Notes: generated from the letters alone by a model not told the origin. DNA of 64,000 nt from an uncultured bacterium (GCA_947177425.1 CAMWUN010000009.1:14254-78253); one strand, 5' to 3'; shown: positions 20,608-30,214, counted from the first letter of the stretch. Made by a program: numbers and translations.

Positions 20608-21108
20608 ATGGGAGTAATGGATAAATTCCTTAATTACATGAAACTGAATGAGGACGACGATGATTTTTACGATGATGACTATTATGAAGAACGGCCTGTA
20701 GAAGAAAAACCCAAAAAGCTTCCGGCAGCAAGGGAAGATGTCGTTATGGAAGAAGAGAAAGCCGTCAAAAAGACCACGCCCAAGGTTACGCCCATGCGAC
20801 AGACAAAGAAGACCGGGGCGGGAATGGAAGTATGTGTCATTAAGCCGACCTCCATTGAGGATGCAAGGGAAATCACGGAGACACTGTTAGCCAACAGAAC
20901 CGTAGTACTGAATCTGGAAGGCCTGGACGTAGATATAGCACAGCGTATCATTGATTTCACATCCGGTTCCTGTTTTGCCATCAGCGGTAATTTACAGAAA
21001 ATTTCCCATTACATATTTATTATTACACCTGCAATCGTCGATATATCAGGTGATTTCCAGGAAATTTTATCAGGTTCTTTTGATGTGCCGATTAATAATG
21101 GCGTTTAA
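20608..21108 (+). CDS. sepF: Cell division protein SepF
   Basis: Acidic linker followed by VVLNLEGL...AQRIIDFTSG; downstream of yggS. Confidence 0.94.
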   Translation: MGVMDKFLNYMKLNEDDDDFYDDDYYEERPVEEKPKKLPAAREDVVMEEEKAVKKTTPKVTPMRQTKKTGAGMEVCVIKPTSIEDAREITETLLANRTVVLNLEGLDVDIAQRIIDFTSGSCFAISGNLQKISHYIFIITPAIVDISGDFQEILSGSFDVPINNGV

Positions 21109-21121
21109 ATTGATTTTAAAG

Positions 21122-21148
21122 CTTCCTGCCTTGGGCAGGAAGTTTTAT
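21122..21148 (+). terminator. Rho-independent terminator after sepF
   Basis: CTTCCTGCC-TTG-GGCAGGAAG stem followed by TTTTATT. Confidence 0.75.
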
Positions 21149-21149
21149 T

Positions 21150-21225
21150 GCAATAAGCTGGCTCGCAAAGCGTGGCAGCATCTGCTACAATAAACTGCTT
21201 TTACGAAAGCATGGCGGCACTTGCT
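21150..21225. repeat. Two degenerate copies of the ~37-bp intergenic repeat family
   Basis: GCAATAAGCTGGCTCGCAAAGCGTGGCAGCATCTGCT plus a more degenerate neighbour; reverse complement of the 31571-31681 unit. Confidence 0.7.
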
Positions 21226-21292
21226 ACAGTAGGCAGGAAAAGCAGACAGACATATCTGTTGTTTGTTATATAAAGAAAGGATAATCCAGAAA

Positions 21293-22396
21293 ATGAACAG
21301 CCGACTTAACATTTTATATGAAAAAAAACCTTGTTATGACATTGTCTTTTCAACAGACTTTCAGTCTCTTCCCGAAGAACTTAAAAAACTGGATATAGAG
21401 AACAGGAAAGTCTGTATTATAACGGATTCCCATGTCTTATCCCTTTATGGTGATGAGATTATGGATATCCTTGGAGAAATCTGCAGGAAGAATGTTTTAT
21501 TTTCTTTTGCAGCAGGGGAAGAGAATAAAACCCTGCAGACGGTAAAAGATATATATACTTTCTTAATCAGCGAAAAGTTTGACCGGAAAGATTTGATTAT
21601 TGCCCTGGGCGGAGGCGTTGTGGGGGATATCGCAGGCTTTACGGCGGCAACCTACCTTCGGGGGATTGACTTTATTCAGATTCCAACCACTCTGCTGGCA
21701 CAGGCAGATTCCAGTATAGGAGGGAAGACAGGGGTTGACTTTGATGGTTACAAAAATATGGTTGGAGCCTTTTATATGCCGAAGCTGGTCTACATGAATG
21801 TCAGCACCTTGAAAACATTGGATGACCGCCAGTTCTTCAGCGGATTTGCGGAAGTAATGAAACATGGACTTATCAAGGACGGTATTTTTTATGAATGGCT
21901 CCTTGATAAGATGTATGAAATCTGTGACAGGGATCCGGCTACCCTTCTTGAAATGGTGGAACGGAGTTGTAAAATCAAAAAACTTGTGGTGGAGAAAGAT
22001 CCCACAGAAAAAGGAGACAGGGCACTTTTAAATTTTGGGCATACCATTGGACATGCTATCGAAAAAGCCAGCAATTTCTCCCTTTCCCATGGGGAATGTG
22101 TGGCTCTCGGCGCCATTGCCGCCGCTTTCATTTCCTGGAAGCATGAGTGGCTTTCCATGGATGAATATTATGAGATACGGGATATGTTCGTCCCTTTTAA
22201 TCTGCCTATTTCCATCAGCGATATTGAGCCGGAAGAAATCCTGAGACTGACCAAATCCGACAAGAAAATGGAAGGCGGTTCCATTAAATTCATTTTGCTG
22301 AAAAAGGTGGGGAAAGCACTGATTGACAGAAATGTAACGGATGAAGATATTTTGAATGCCATTTCCGAAATACATTTTGTGGAAGATGGTGAATAG
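21293..22396 (+). CDS. aroB: 3-dehydroquinate synthase
   Basis: GEENKT, GGGVVGD, PTTLLAQADSSIGGKTG and LNFGHTIGHAIE motifs. Confidence 0.96.
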   Translation: MNSRLNILYEKKPCYDIVFSTDFQSLPEELKKLDIENRKVCIITDSHVLSLYGDEIMDILGEICRKNVLFSFAAGEENKTLQTVKDIYTFLISEKFDRKDLIIALGGGVVGDIAGFTAATYLRGIDFIQIPTTLLAQADSSIGGKTGVDFDGYKNMVGAFYMPKLVYMNVSTLKTLDDRQFFSGFAEVMKHGLIKDGIFYEWLLDKMYEICDRDPATLLEMVERSCKIKKLVVEKDPTEKGDRALLNFGHTIGHAIEKASNFSLSHGECVALGAIAAAFISWKHEWLSMDEYYEIRDMFVPFNLPISISDIEPEEILRLTKSDKKMEGGSIKFILLKKVGKALIDRNVTDEDILNAISEIHFVEDGE

Positions 22397-22945
22397 GTGG
22401 ATATGGACAGTAAAAAAAGAAAACTACTGATATTTGATGTGTTGTTAATGATTGTTCTGGCAGCGGCTGACCAGTTTACAAAATATCTGGCCGTCATAAA
22501 GCTGAAAGACCAGCCGTCCTTTGATATTATCAGCGGCGTCCTTGAGTTAAGCTATCTGGAAAACCGCGGAGCCGCTTTTGGCATGCTGCAGAACCAGAAA
22601 GTCTTTTTCGTGTTTGTTGCAGTGGTATTTTTGTGTGCAATTGTGTATGTACTGTTGAAAGCCCCCAGCCAGAATAAATATTATAGTCTGCATTTTCTGC
22701 TTGTCATGATTGCCGCCGGTGCAATTGGCAACTTAATTGACAGACTGCGTCTTGATTATGTGGTGGATTTCATATATATTGTGCTGATTAATTTTCCTAT
22801 TTTCAATGTAGCCGATATGTATGTCACAATTTCCGCCGCCATCCTTGTTATCCTGATGCTTTTCGTTTATAAGGAGGAGGATTTTGCGTTTCTGGGGTTT
22901 CACCAGGCACAGGCGTCAGAAGCCAAAGAAGAATCCAGAGAATGA
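22397..22945 (+). CDS. lspA: Lipoprotein signal peptidase II
   Basis: DQFTK, NRGAAFG, GAIGNLIDR, VVDF and FNVAD motifs. Confidence 0.96.
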   Translation: MDMDSKKRKLLIFDVLLMIVLAAADQFTKYLAVIKLKDQPSFDIISGVLELSYLENRGAAFGMLQNQKVFFVFVAVVFLCAIVYVLLKAPSQNKYYSLHFLLVMIAAGAIGNLIDRLRLDYVVDFIYIVLINFPIFNVADMYVTISAAILVILMLFVYKEEDFAFLGFHQAQASEAKEESRE

Positions 22946-23862
22946 ATGAATTAAATCAGAAAGATTTTTTATTTGTTGTAACAGAAGATATGGAAAATGA
23001 GAGAGTCGATAAGTGTGCAGGCAGCCTTGTGGACTCTTTGTCCCGTTCCTATATTCAGAAACTTCTCACAGAAGGGAAAATTACAGTAAATGGACAGAGC
23101 GTCAAAAACAGCAGCCGGGTAAGGGCAAATGACCGGATACAGATTGCCCTGCCGCCTGCCGTCACGCCGGATATTCTTCCGGAGGATATTCCCCTGGATA
23201 TTCTCTATGAGGACGGGGACGTTATCGTCGTAAACAAGCCCAAGGGCATGGTAGTGCACCCGGCTCCGGGCCATTACAGCGGCACACTGGTAAACGCCCT
23301 GTTATTCCATTGTCAGGGAAACTTAAGCGGAATCAACGGTGTCCTGCGTCCTGGAATTGTCCACCGGATTGACCGTGACACCACAGGCTCCATCATTGCA
23401 TGTAAAAATGACAAATCCCATGCCTGCATTGCAGAGCAGCTAAAAGAACACAGCATTGTAAGAAAGTATCATGCCATCGTACACGGAAAACTGAAAGATG
23501 ACCAGGGAACTATACACACGCTGATTGGACGGCATCCCCAGGAGCGGAAGAAGATGGCTGTCCTAAACAGCGGCGGCAAGGACGCTGTTACTCACTATAA
23601 GGTTCTTTCACGCTTTGATAAGTTTACTTACATAGAATGTATGCTGGAAACCGGGCGTACCCATCAGATCAGAGTCCATATGGCTTATCTTGGGCACCCT
23701 TTGCTGGGAGATACGGTATACGGTTCTAAGAATAACCCTTTACATCTGGAAGGGCAGACGCTTCATGCAAAAGTTTTAGGTTTCCGCCATCCCTCCACAG
23801 GCAGCTTCATTGAGACGGACGCGCCGCTTCCGGATTATTTCAAAAAAATTTTATTACAATAA
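22942..23862 (+). CDS. rluD: RluA/RluD family 23S rRNA pseudouridine synthase
   Basis: N-terminal S4 domain, VNKPKG, HRIDRDTTG, TGRTHQIR and GD..YG; follows lspA. Confidence 0.88.
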   Translation: MNELNQKDFLFVVTEDMENERVDKCAGSLVDSLSRSYIQKLLTEGKITVNGQSVKNSSRVRANDRIQIALPPAVTPDILPEDIPLDILYEDGDVIVVNKPKGMVVHPAPGHYSGTLVNALLFHCQGNLSGINGVLRPGIVHRIDRDTTGSIIACKNDKSHACIAEQLKEHSIVRKYHAIVHGKLKDDQGTIHTLIGRHPQERKKMAVLNSGGKDAVTHYKVLSRFDKFTYIECMLETGRTHQIRVHMAYLGHPLLGDTVYGSKNNPLHLEGQTLHAKVLGFRHPSTGSFIETDAPLPDYFKKILLQ

Positions 23863-23891
23863 GCCGACTCCCAAAGTGCGGCAACGTTGTT
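23856..23891. repeat. Degenerate copy of the ~37-bp repeat, overlapping the rluD stop codon
   Basis: ACAATAAGCCGACTCCCAAAGTGCGGCAACGTTGTT compared with consensus ACAATAAGCTGACTCGCAAAGGGTGACAGCGTTTGTT. Confidence 0.6.
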
Positions 23892-23907
23892 ACTTATTCA
23901 TGGCTCA

Positions 23908-23932
23908 GGAATGCGCACGGGCTGCGCATTCC
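23908..23932. terminator. Hairpin downstream of rluD (probable terminator)
   Basis: GGAATGCGCA-CGGGC-TGCGCATTCC perfect 10-bp stem. Confidence 0.6.
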
Positions 23933-23960
23933 GTGACGTAACGTTTATTTTTAAAACTTA

Positions 23961-24006
23961 AATTTTCAGACAATAGATTGAATTTTTCTCTTATTTTTTG
24001 TATAAT
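23961..24006 (+). promoter_or_regulatory. Sigma-A promoter with adjacent CodY-box-like site
   Basis: TTGAAT(23978)-N17-TATAAT(24001) with extended TG. AATTTTCAGACAATA at 23961-23975 has 2 mismatches to AATTTTCWGAAAATT. Confidence 0.55.
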
Positions 24007-24037
24007 AATTATATCAGAATATAAGGGAGGTATTTTA

Positions 24038-24664
24038 ATGAATACAGTAATTACTATTGGCCGTCAATTTGGTTCTGCTGGGCGTGAAATCGGCGAGAAG
24101 GTAGCAGAATACTTTGGAATTAAATGTTATGATAAAGAGCTTTTAAGCAGAGCGGCAAAGGAGAGCGGCTTCTGTGAGGAAATGCTTGAAAACCATGATG
24201 AAAGACCTACCAATTCGTTTCTCTACAATCTGGTTATGGATACCTATTCCTTTGGTTACAATGCATCCCACTTTGTAGATATGCCTATCAGCCATAAAGT
24301 TTTTCTGGCACAGTTTGATACAATAAAAAAGATTGCCAAAGAAGGCCCCTGTGTTATCGTTGGCCGCTGTGCAGATTATGCACTCAGCGATATGAAAAAT
24401 TGTGTACACATTTTTATATACGGCAATGAAGAAACCAAGACAAAACGTATTATGAAAAAATACGATTTAGATGCCGCAAAGGCTAAAGACATGTGTATCA
24501 AAAAAGATAAACAGCGTCAAAGCTATTATAATTATTATTCCTCTAAAAAGTGGGGACGCGCTGACAGCTACGATTTATGTATTAATAGCAGTGTCCTTGG
24601 GCCTGACGGAACCGTGAAACTTTTAACACAATACATTGAGGATTTTGAGGCAAAAAATAAATAG
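24038..24664 (+). CDS. Cytidylate kinase-like family protein (paralog 1)
   Basis: VITIGRQFGSAG, CVIVGRCADY and YDLCINSS motifs; GGGAGG RBS before ATG 24038. Confidence 0.88.
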   Translation: MNTVITIGRQFGSAGREIGEKVAEYFGIKCYDKELLSRAAKESGFCEEMLENHDERPTNSFLYNLVMDTYSFGYNASHFVDMPISHKVFLAQFDTIKKIAKEGPCVIVGRCADYALSDMKNCVHIFIYGNEETKTKRIMKKYDLDAAKAKDMCIKKDKQRQSYYNYYSSKKWGRADSYDLCINSSVLGPDGTVKLLTQYIEDFEAKNK

Positions 24665-24757
24665 AGGTCTCGATCCAACTATTCGCAAAACACAAGTTTA
24701 ACGAATAGTTGAATGATGATTTGAGTATTTCCACGCTATGCATGATAGCTAGCCTAA

Positions 24758-24788
24758 AAAAATAAGCCCTGTATTTGGGCTTATTTTT
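24758..24788. terminator. Bidirectional terminator between convergent genes
   Basis: AAAAATAAGCCC-TGTATTT-GGGCTTATTTTT. Confidence 0.75.
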
Positions 24789-25872
24789 AATCCAGTATTT
24801 CTACAATTGATATATCTTTACGCGCCGATAAATCAATAAAACTGTTTCCCACCTGAATCAGAGGCCGGGTCAGGTTGAACTTGTTAATTAGCACTATATG
24901 GCCTGTTAATCCATTACTCAAACGGACGGTATGTCTGATAAAATTATTTGTGATACGTGCGATAAATGTCATGAGCATATTGGGATCATATTTCTGATAT
25001 CCTGCATCCTCCAGGCGTTTGAGGAGCCAGAATGATGATTTAGGCTTTATTCCCTCTTCTTTCATAGTCATGGTATCATATGTATCCGCTATGGAAATAA
25101 TCCTGGAAATAGGATTGATATTTTTCAACGTAACTTTCAACGGAAAACCGCTTCCATCCCGGCACTCGTGATGGGTCAGGACAGTCTGTTTTACTTTCAA
25201 ATCTAAATTTTTTTCTTTTAGCAGGTTATAGCCAAGTACAGTATGTTTACTGTATTTATCTCCATTTAATTCCGCATGAAAAGTAAACCCGCTGGGAAGT
25301 TCACCGGTATTTGTTAACTTTAACAGGCCGATATCATGTAAAAGTCCTGCCACTCCTACTAGTTCAATATCTTCTTCTTTAAATCCCATCCACTTTGCCA
25401 GTACTTGTCCCCAGAGAGCAACATTAATGGAATGCACATACAGCCCTTCTGCATTATTTTTCATAGCAAAAAGCATATTACACAAATTAACCTCATTTTT
25501 TGATTTGTCTAAAATTCCATTTAATGCGTCAAGAAGAACGGATATGTCCACATCTTTATCTTTTATAGCAACATCCTTTAAAGTATCAGACAATACAGTT
25601 TCTGCGACCTGAAAGCTTTCCTTGAATTCTTCGAGCTGCTTCTCCTCAATTTGAGGCTCTGATTCAGGAGAAGGAATGTCAGCAGGAACGGAAGAAGTTG
25701 CCTGATAATCAACCATGACATATTCAATAAAGTGTTTTGTCAAAATCGCTACGACTTCTTTTGTTACAGGAGTATCTATAGGGACAAGAACTGCACCAGT
25801 TCTGGCATAAACATCATTCTTTATTACCATGCCCTTACGCAGGCGGTCTGTACGTACTCTAAAATATGCCAT
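24787..25872 (-). CDS. HD-GYP domain protein (putative c-di-GMP phosphodiesterase)
   Basis: HSINVA, GLLHDIG, HHECRDGSGFP and IADTYD motifs. Confidence 0.85.
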   Translation of the reverse strand: MAYFRVRTDRLRKGMVIKNDVYARTGAVLVPIDTPVTKEVVAILTKHFIEYVMVDYQATSSVPADIPSPESEPQIEEKQLEEFKESFQVAETVLSDTLKDVAIKDKDVDISVLLDALNGILDKSKNEVNLCNMLFAMKNNAEGLYVHSINVALWGQVLAKWMGFKEEDIELVGVAGLLHDIGLLKLTNTGELPSGFTFHAELNGDKYSKHTVLGYNLLKEKNLDLKVKQTVLTHHECRDGSGFPLKVTLKNINPISRIISIADTYDTMTMKEEGIKPKSSFWLLKRLEDAGYQKYDPNMLMTFIARITNNFIRHTVRLSNGLTGHIVLINKFNLTRPLIQVGNSFIDLSARKDISIVEILD

Positions 25873-26005
25873 ATCTGTTACTTTCTCCTAAAAAATTAAT
25901 ACAAGCATATTAATTATAATATATAAACGTAATTTGGAAAAGTCTTTTTTAGAAAAATTTGTAAATCTAAAATGGAATAATAATAAAACTTAACCACCAA
26001 TATTT

Positions 26006-26032
26006 GGTTTACATAAATTTATTATGTAAACC
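26006..26032. other. dif-like palindromic site (candidate chromosome dimer resolution site)
   Basis: GGTTTACATAA-ATTTA-TTATGTAAACC. The right arm matches 10/11 of the B. subtilis dif right arm TTATGTAAACT, and the site lies in the strand-switch zone. The spacer is 5 bp rather than the canonical 6. Confidence 0.5.
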
Positions 26033-26338
26033 TTTGCGTTTCTGCCTTGAGGTATATTTTGAACTGTGCAATGGGGATGGGGTTGCCGCACTGGCAGCCT
26101 CCCTAAAAAATTCATCTTTATCAACATAGTCCACTGTGCTATTATATTTTGTAGTGTATCTGGTATATTTTTCAGAAGTTTGAGGAGGCTTTGATTCTGC
26201 CATCCTGCTTTTTAAATACACATTTCTAAAACTGTCTACAGTATTTGTCCTCTTCCTTTTTTGCTTTTTATATTTCAAAAAAGTATAGCCATTAATAATA
26301 ATTACAACTACAACAATAAATACGATTAAAGTTTTCAT
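26009..26338 (-). CDS. Hypothetical small membrane-anchored protein
   Basis: 109 aa with an N-terminal hydrophobic helix followed by a basic stretch; AAGGA RBS. Confidence 0.6.
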   Translation of the reverse strand: MKTLIVFIVVVVIIINGYTFLKYKKQKRKRTNTVDSFRNVYLKSRMAESKPPQTSEKYTRYTTKYNSTVDYVDKDEFFREAASAATPSPLHSSKYTSRQKRKGLHNKFM

Positions 26339-26376
26339 TATATATCCTTCCTTAAAAACGGAATTACCTTATGAAT

Positions 26377-26413
26377 AACAAACGCTGTCACACTTCACGA
26401 GTCAGCTTATTAT
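26377..26413. repeat. Single copy of the ~37-bp intergenic repeat
   Basis: AACAAACGCTGTCACACTTCACGAGTCAGCTTATTAT. Confidence 0.8.
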
Positions 26414-26437
26414 AATCAATTTGCTTTGTTTGCAAAA

Positions 26438-26884
26438 CTACAACTCATCTGAATCCAGAATGACCGTAAAAGGCCCATTGTTAATAAGGGATACCTCCAT
26501 TTGCGCACCAAAAACACCATGGGCAACATGTGGAATTTCATCAGAACATTTTTTTATAATATATTCATATATTTTTTCTGCAAGTTCCGGGTTTCCGGCA
26601 TTTATGAAGGAAGGCCTGTTTCCTTTCCGGCAGTCTGCATATAAGGTAAATTGAGAAATAATTAACAGTTCCCCGTCTATGTTTTTGAGACTTAAGTTTG
26701 TCTTTCCATTCTCATCTGGAAAAATTCTTAAATTAATTAACTTGCGAATCATTTTATCAGCAATTTCGTATGTATCTATATTGCTGATGCCTGTCAGTAC
26801 CACAAACCCATTTTTAATTTCGCCAACGGTTTTCCCTTCTACACAAACTCCGGCCTCATCTACTCTCTGAATAACAAATCTCAT
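26438..26884 (-). CDS. dtd: D-aminoacyl-tRNA deacylase
   Basis: MRFVIQRV, SQFTL, GNRPSF and NNGPFT motifs. Confidence 0.96.
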   Translation of the reverse strand: MRFVIQRVDEAGVCVEGKTVGEIKNGFVVLTGISNIDTYEIADKMIRKLINLRIFPDENGKTNLSLKNIDGELLIISQFTLYADCRKGNRPSFINAGNPELAEKIYEYIIKKCSDEIPHVAHGVFGAQMEVSLINNGPFTVILDSDEL

Positions 26885-26889
26885 AGCAT

Positions 26890-28218
26890 TTACTCCTGTT
26901 TTTTTTCTGATGAGGTGTCCTGCTCATCCTTCTTTGTTTTCTTTTTTCCAAGTTTAAAAAATGCAGTATTTTTATTTTCATCTATGGGGATGAAAACATT
27001 ATCCTGTATGTAATCCACATCCAGATACTTGCTGGTTTCCAGTGGAAGTCCTCTTTTGACAAGAAGTTTATTCGTCACACGCCGTATCATTGCGTAGATG
27101 ACTGCAAAAAAAGGGACGCCAATAATCATTCCAGGAATTCCCATAATGCCTCCAAATATGGTAATGGAAAAAATAACCCAGAAACCCGATAAACCAGTTG
27201 ACTGTCCAAGAATCTTAGGGCCAATTAAGTTGCCATCAACCTGCTGCAATATCAAAATGAAAATAATAAAGTAAATACATTTAATTGGGTTAACCATAAG
27301 AATCAGTATTGCGCTTGGGATGGCGCCAAGATACGGACCGAAAAAGGGAATTACATTAGTTATCCCTACAATTACGCTTATGAGCAGCGCATAAGGCATT
27401 TTCATAATACTGGTTCCGGCAAAACAGATAATCCCAATAATAATTGAATCGACAATTTTACCGCTGATAAAGCCTATAAATGTGTTGCTGATAAAACGGA
27501 TATCTTTGATAAACTGGTTCGCTGTACTGGTTTTAAAGACAGCGAATACAATTTTTTTGGCCTGCCCTGCAAATGTTTCCTTACTGTAAAGAACATAAAT
27601 CGAAATGATGATTCCAATAATAAAATTCCATAAAAGCTTGAGAACGCTGATCATGCTCAATGATACCTGTTTTACCAGCGTTTCCATTTGAGGAACAATA
27701 CTGTTGTTTAAATAGCTGGTAAATTCCCCTGAGTATTTATCAAATAGATTAAAAACCATCTTCTCAATATCAGGATTGTCATCCAGGAATTTAGCCGACC
27801 AGTTCATAAGGTTCTGCACATAATAAGGAAACTGATAGGAAATGCTCCTGACACTCTTGGTAATATTAGGAATCAGTATCGAGAAAAATCCATAAATCAG
27901 ACAGCCTACAATATAAATAGTGAGAAGGATAGAAATAATCCGCATACATTTTTTCTGTTTAACCGAAACCGGCTTTCCTCCATTAGCGAAAAAAAACGGC
28001 ATCAAAAAGCGGCTCTCTATTCCGTTTACCATGGGCGTCATAAGATAGGCAAAGATTATACCATACATAACCGGGCTGGCTACTCTCATGAGTGCGCTTA
28101 GCTGTGCAGAAAAACGATCTCCATGAAAAATCAGATAGTAAAAACAAATGGATGCTGCAATTACAAGAAAGGCGGTTATACCGATACGCAGATATCTTTT
28201 ATTAAACTGGATTTTCAT
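26890..28218 (-). CDS. AI-2E family (PerM/UPF0118) transporter
   Basis: Multi-TM protein with NVIPFFGPYLG and QQVDGNLIGPKILG motifs. Confidence 0.92.
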   Translation of the reverse strand: MKIQFNKRYLRIGITAFLVIAASICFYYLIFHGDRFSAQLSALMRVASPVMYGIIFAYLMTPMVNGIESRFLMPFFFANGGKPVSVKQKKCMRIISILLTIYIVGCLIYGFFSILIPNITKSVRSISYQFPYYVQNLMNWSAKFLDDNPDIEKMVFNLFDKYSGEFTSYLNNSIVPQMETLVKQVSLSMISVLKLLWNFIIGIIISIYVLYSKETFAGQAKKIVFAVFKTSTANQFIKDIRFISNTFIGFISGKIVDSIIIGIICFAGTSIMKMPYALLISVIVGITNVIPFFGPYLGAIPSAILILMVNPIKCIYFIIFILILQQVDGNLIGPKILGQSTGLSGFWVIFSITIFGGIMGIPGMIIGVPFFAVIYAMIRRVTNKLLVKRGLPLETSKYLDVDYIQDNVFIPIDENKNTAFFKLGKKKTKKDEQDTSSEKKQE

Positions 28219-28429
28219 TATTTCATTGAAAAATTTTCAGGGAACCCCAAAAACTCTTCCGGCCTCCTTTTCTGATTATAGTCTTTAATCACGGAAATTA
28301 ATTTTCAAAATCCCTGACCGGGGTTTTGGAAATTGATTTCCGCGGTCTTTATTAGTATAACATTTTTTTTTTTAGGATACTATGGTATAATTGTAAAATA
28401 TGTTTGAACTTATTTAAGCAGGAGGAATT

Positions 28430-29158
28430 ATGACATTACAGAAAGTACTTAGCTATATCCGGCGTGCAGCCGATGATTACCATATGATAGAATCAGGCGA
28501 TAAGATTGCCATCGGCATTTCCGGCGGTAAGGACAGCCTGACACTTCTCTATGGTCTTCACGGTCTTATGCGGTTTTATCCAAATCCATTTACTATTCAT
28601 GCGGTTACGGTTGATTTGGGGTTCCATAATCTTGATTTAACTGGAATACAGGAATTATGCAGTAAGCTTGAGATTCCCTATACAATTGTTAAAACAGACA
28701 TAGCCAATATAATATTTCAACAGCGTAAAGAAAGCAATCCCTGTTCTCTCTGTGCCAAAATGAGAAAAGGCGCCCTAAATGAAGCTATAAAAAAAGCAGG
28801 CTGTAACAAGGTAGCTTATGCGCACCACAAAGATGATGTAGTGGAAACCATGCTGATGTCCCTTATTTTTGAAGGAAGGTTCCACACCTTTAATCCGGTT
28901 ACATATTTAGACCGTATGGATTTAACAGTAATCAGGCCGCTTATGTATATGAATGAGTCAGATGTGATTGGATTCGTAAATAAATTCCAGATACCTGTAG
29001 TGAAAAGCCCCTGCCCTGCTGACGGCCATACGAAACGGGAATATATCAAAAACCTCTTACAGAAACTGAATCAGGAAAATCCCGGCGTAAAAGAGAGAAT
29101 GTTTACCGCCATACAAAACGGCAGGATGGAAGGATGGAGTTATTATGGAAAACAGTAA
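28430..29158 (+). CDS. ttcA: TtcA-family tRNA thiolation protein (PP-loop)
   Basis: SGGKDS, PCSLCAKMRKG, AHHKDD and IRPL motifs. Confidence 0.85.
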   Translation: MTLQKVLSYIRRAADDYHMIESGDKIAIGISGGKDSLTLLYGLHGLMRFYPNPFTIHAVTVDLGFHNLDLTGIQELCSKLEIPYTIVKTDIANIIFQQRKESNPCSLCAKMRKGALNEAIKKAGCNKVAYAHHKDDVVETMLMSLIFEGRFHTFNPVTYLDRMDLTVIRPLMYMNESDVIGFVNKFQIPVVKSPCPADGHTKREYIKNLLQKLNQENPGVKERMFTAIQNGRMEGWSYYGKQ

Positions 29159-30197
29159 AAATTATCATGATGAACAAAATAATTTAAACACCTTAAAGAT
29201 GCGGGAAGTACTTGCTGCCCTGCCCTCTTTCTGCAAGCAGTTTTTCAGGGGGATTCAGGAATACACCTCATCAAGGACAAGGCTTGCCTATGCCTATGAC
29301 CTGCGGGTGTTCTTTGAGTTCCTCCATGCAAATAACAGTGTCTGTGCTAAAATGGAAATTGTGGAGTTCCCATTGTCCATTCTGGACCAGATTACCAGAG
29401 AGGATATTGAGGAATATATGGACTATATTACTTATTATATAAAGGACGGCAGGGAATATGCCAATAACGAGAGAGGTAAAAAGAGAAAACTCTCTGCGCT
29501 GAAAAGCTTTTATAATTACTATTTCTGTGCAGAACTTATTAAAACCAATCCGGCAGCACTGGTGCCGCTCCCCAAACAGCATGAAAAGGAAATTATCCGG
29601 CTGGATGCAGACGAAGTGGCAATTCTGCTGGATCAGGTTGAAGAAGGGGAAAAACTTACCAAGTGCCAGCTAAAATATCATTCCAAAACCAAAATCCGCG
29701 ATATAGCGCTTCTCACTCTTCTACTGGGGACAGGCATACGTGTATCAGAATGTGTAGGACTAGATATCAGCGATGTGGATTTTAAAAACAACGGAATAAA
29801 AATAAGAAGAAAAGGCGGTTATGAAACAGTGGTATATTTTGGAGAGGAGGTTTCAGACGCACTTCACGATTATCTGGAAAAAAGACATCACATTATTCCG
29901 CTGGAAGGTCATGAAAACGCACTTTTCCTATCCATTCAGAACCGCCGTATCACCGTACGCGCGGTGGAGAATCTTGTAAAAAAATATACAGCTAACGTAA
30001 CGGGACTTAAAAAAATTACTCCGCATAAGCTTAGAAGCACCTATGGGACAACTCTGTATCAGGAAACCGGCGATATCTATCTGGTAGCCGATGTATTAGG
30101 GCATAAAGATGTAAATACAACCAGAAAACATTATGCTGCAATCGAGGACAACCGCCGCAGGAAAGCAGCTAAAGTGGTACGGCTGCGTGAAAAGTAA
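29145..30197 (+). CDS. Chromosomal tyrosine recombinase, Xer family (long, XerS-like N-terminus)
   Basis: 350 aa with intact catalytic residues (TGIRVSE, RRKGG, HKLR, LGH, HYA). Overlaps the ttcA stop, and no mobile-element context is visible. Confidence 0.85.
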   Translation: MENSKNYHDEQNNLNTLKMREVLAALPSFCKQFFRGIQEYTSSRTRLAYAYDLRVFFEFLHANNSVCAKMEIVEFPLSILDQITREDIEEYMDYITYYIKDGREYANNERGKKRKLSALKSFYNYYFCAELIKTNPAALVPLPKQHEKEIIRLDADEVAILLDQVEEGEKLTKCQLKYHSKTKIRDIALLTLLLGTGIRVSECVGLDISDVDFKNNGIKIRRKGGYETVVYFGEEVSDALHDYLEKRHHIIPLEGHENALFLSIQNRRITVRAVENLVKKYTANVTGLKKITPHKLRSTYGTTLYQETGDIYLVADVLGHKDVNTTRKHYAAIEDNRRRKAAKVVRLREK

Positions 30198-30214
30198 GTC
30201 GCCTTCTTCCAATA

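Noticed and set aside
29145-30197. Second mobile element around the Xer-like recombinase
   Set aside because: It is translationally coupled to ttcA, flanked by housekeeping genes, and has no att repeats or MGE genes.
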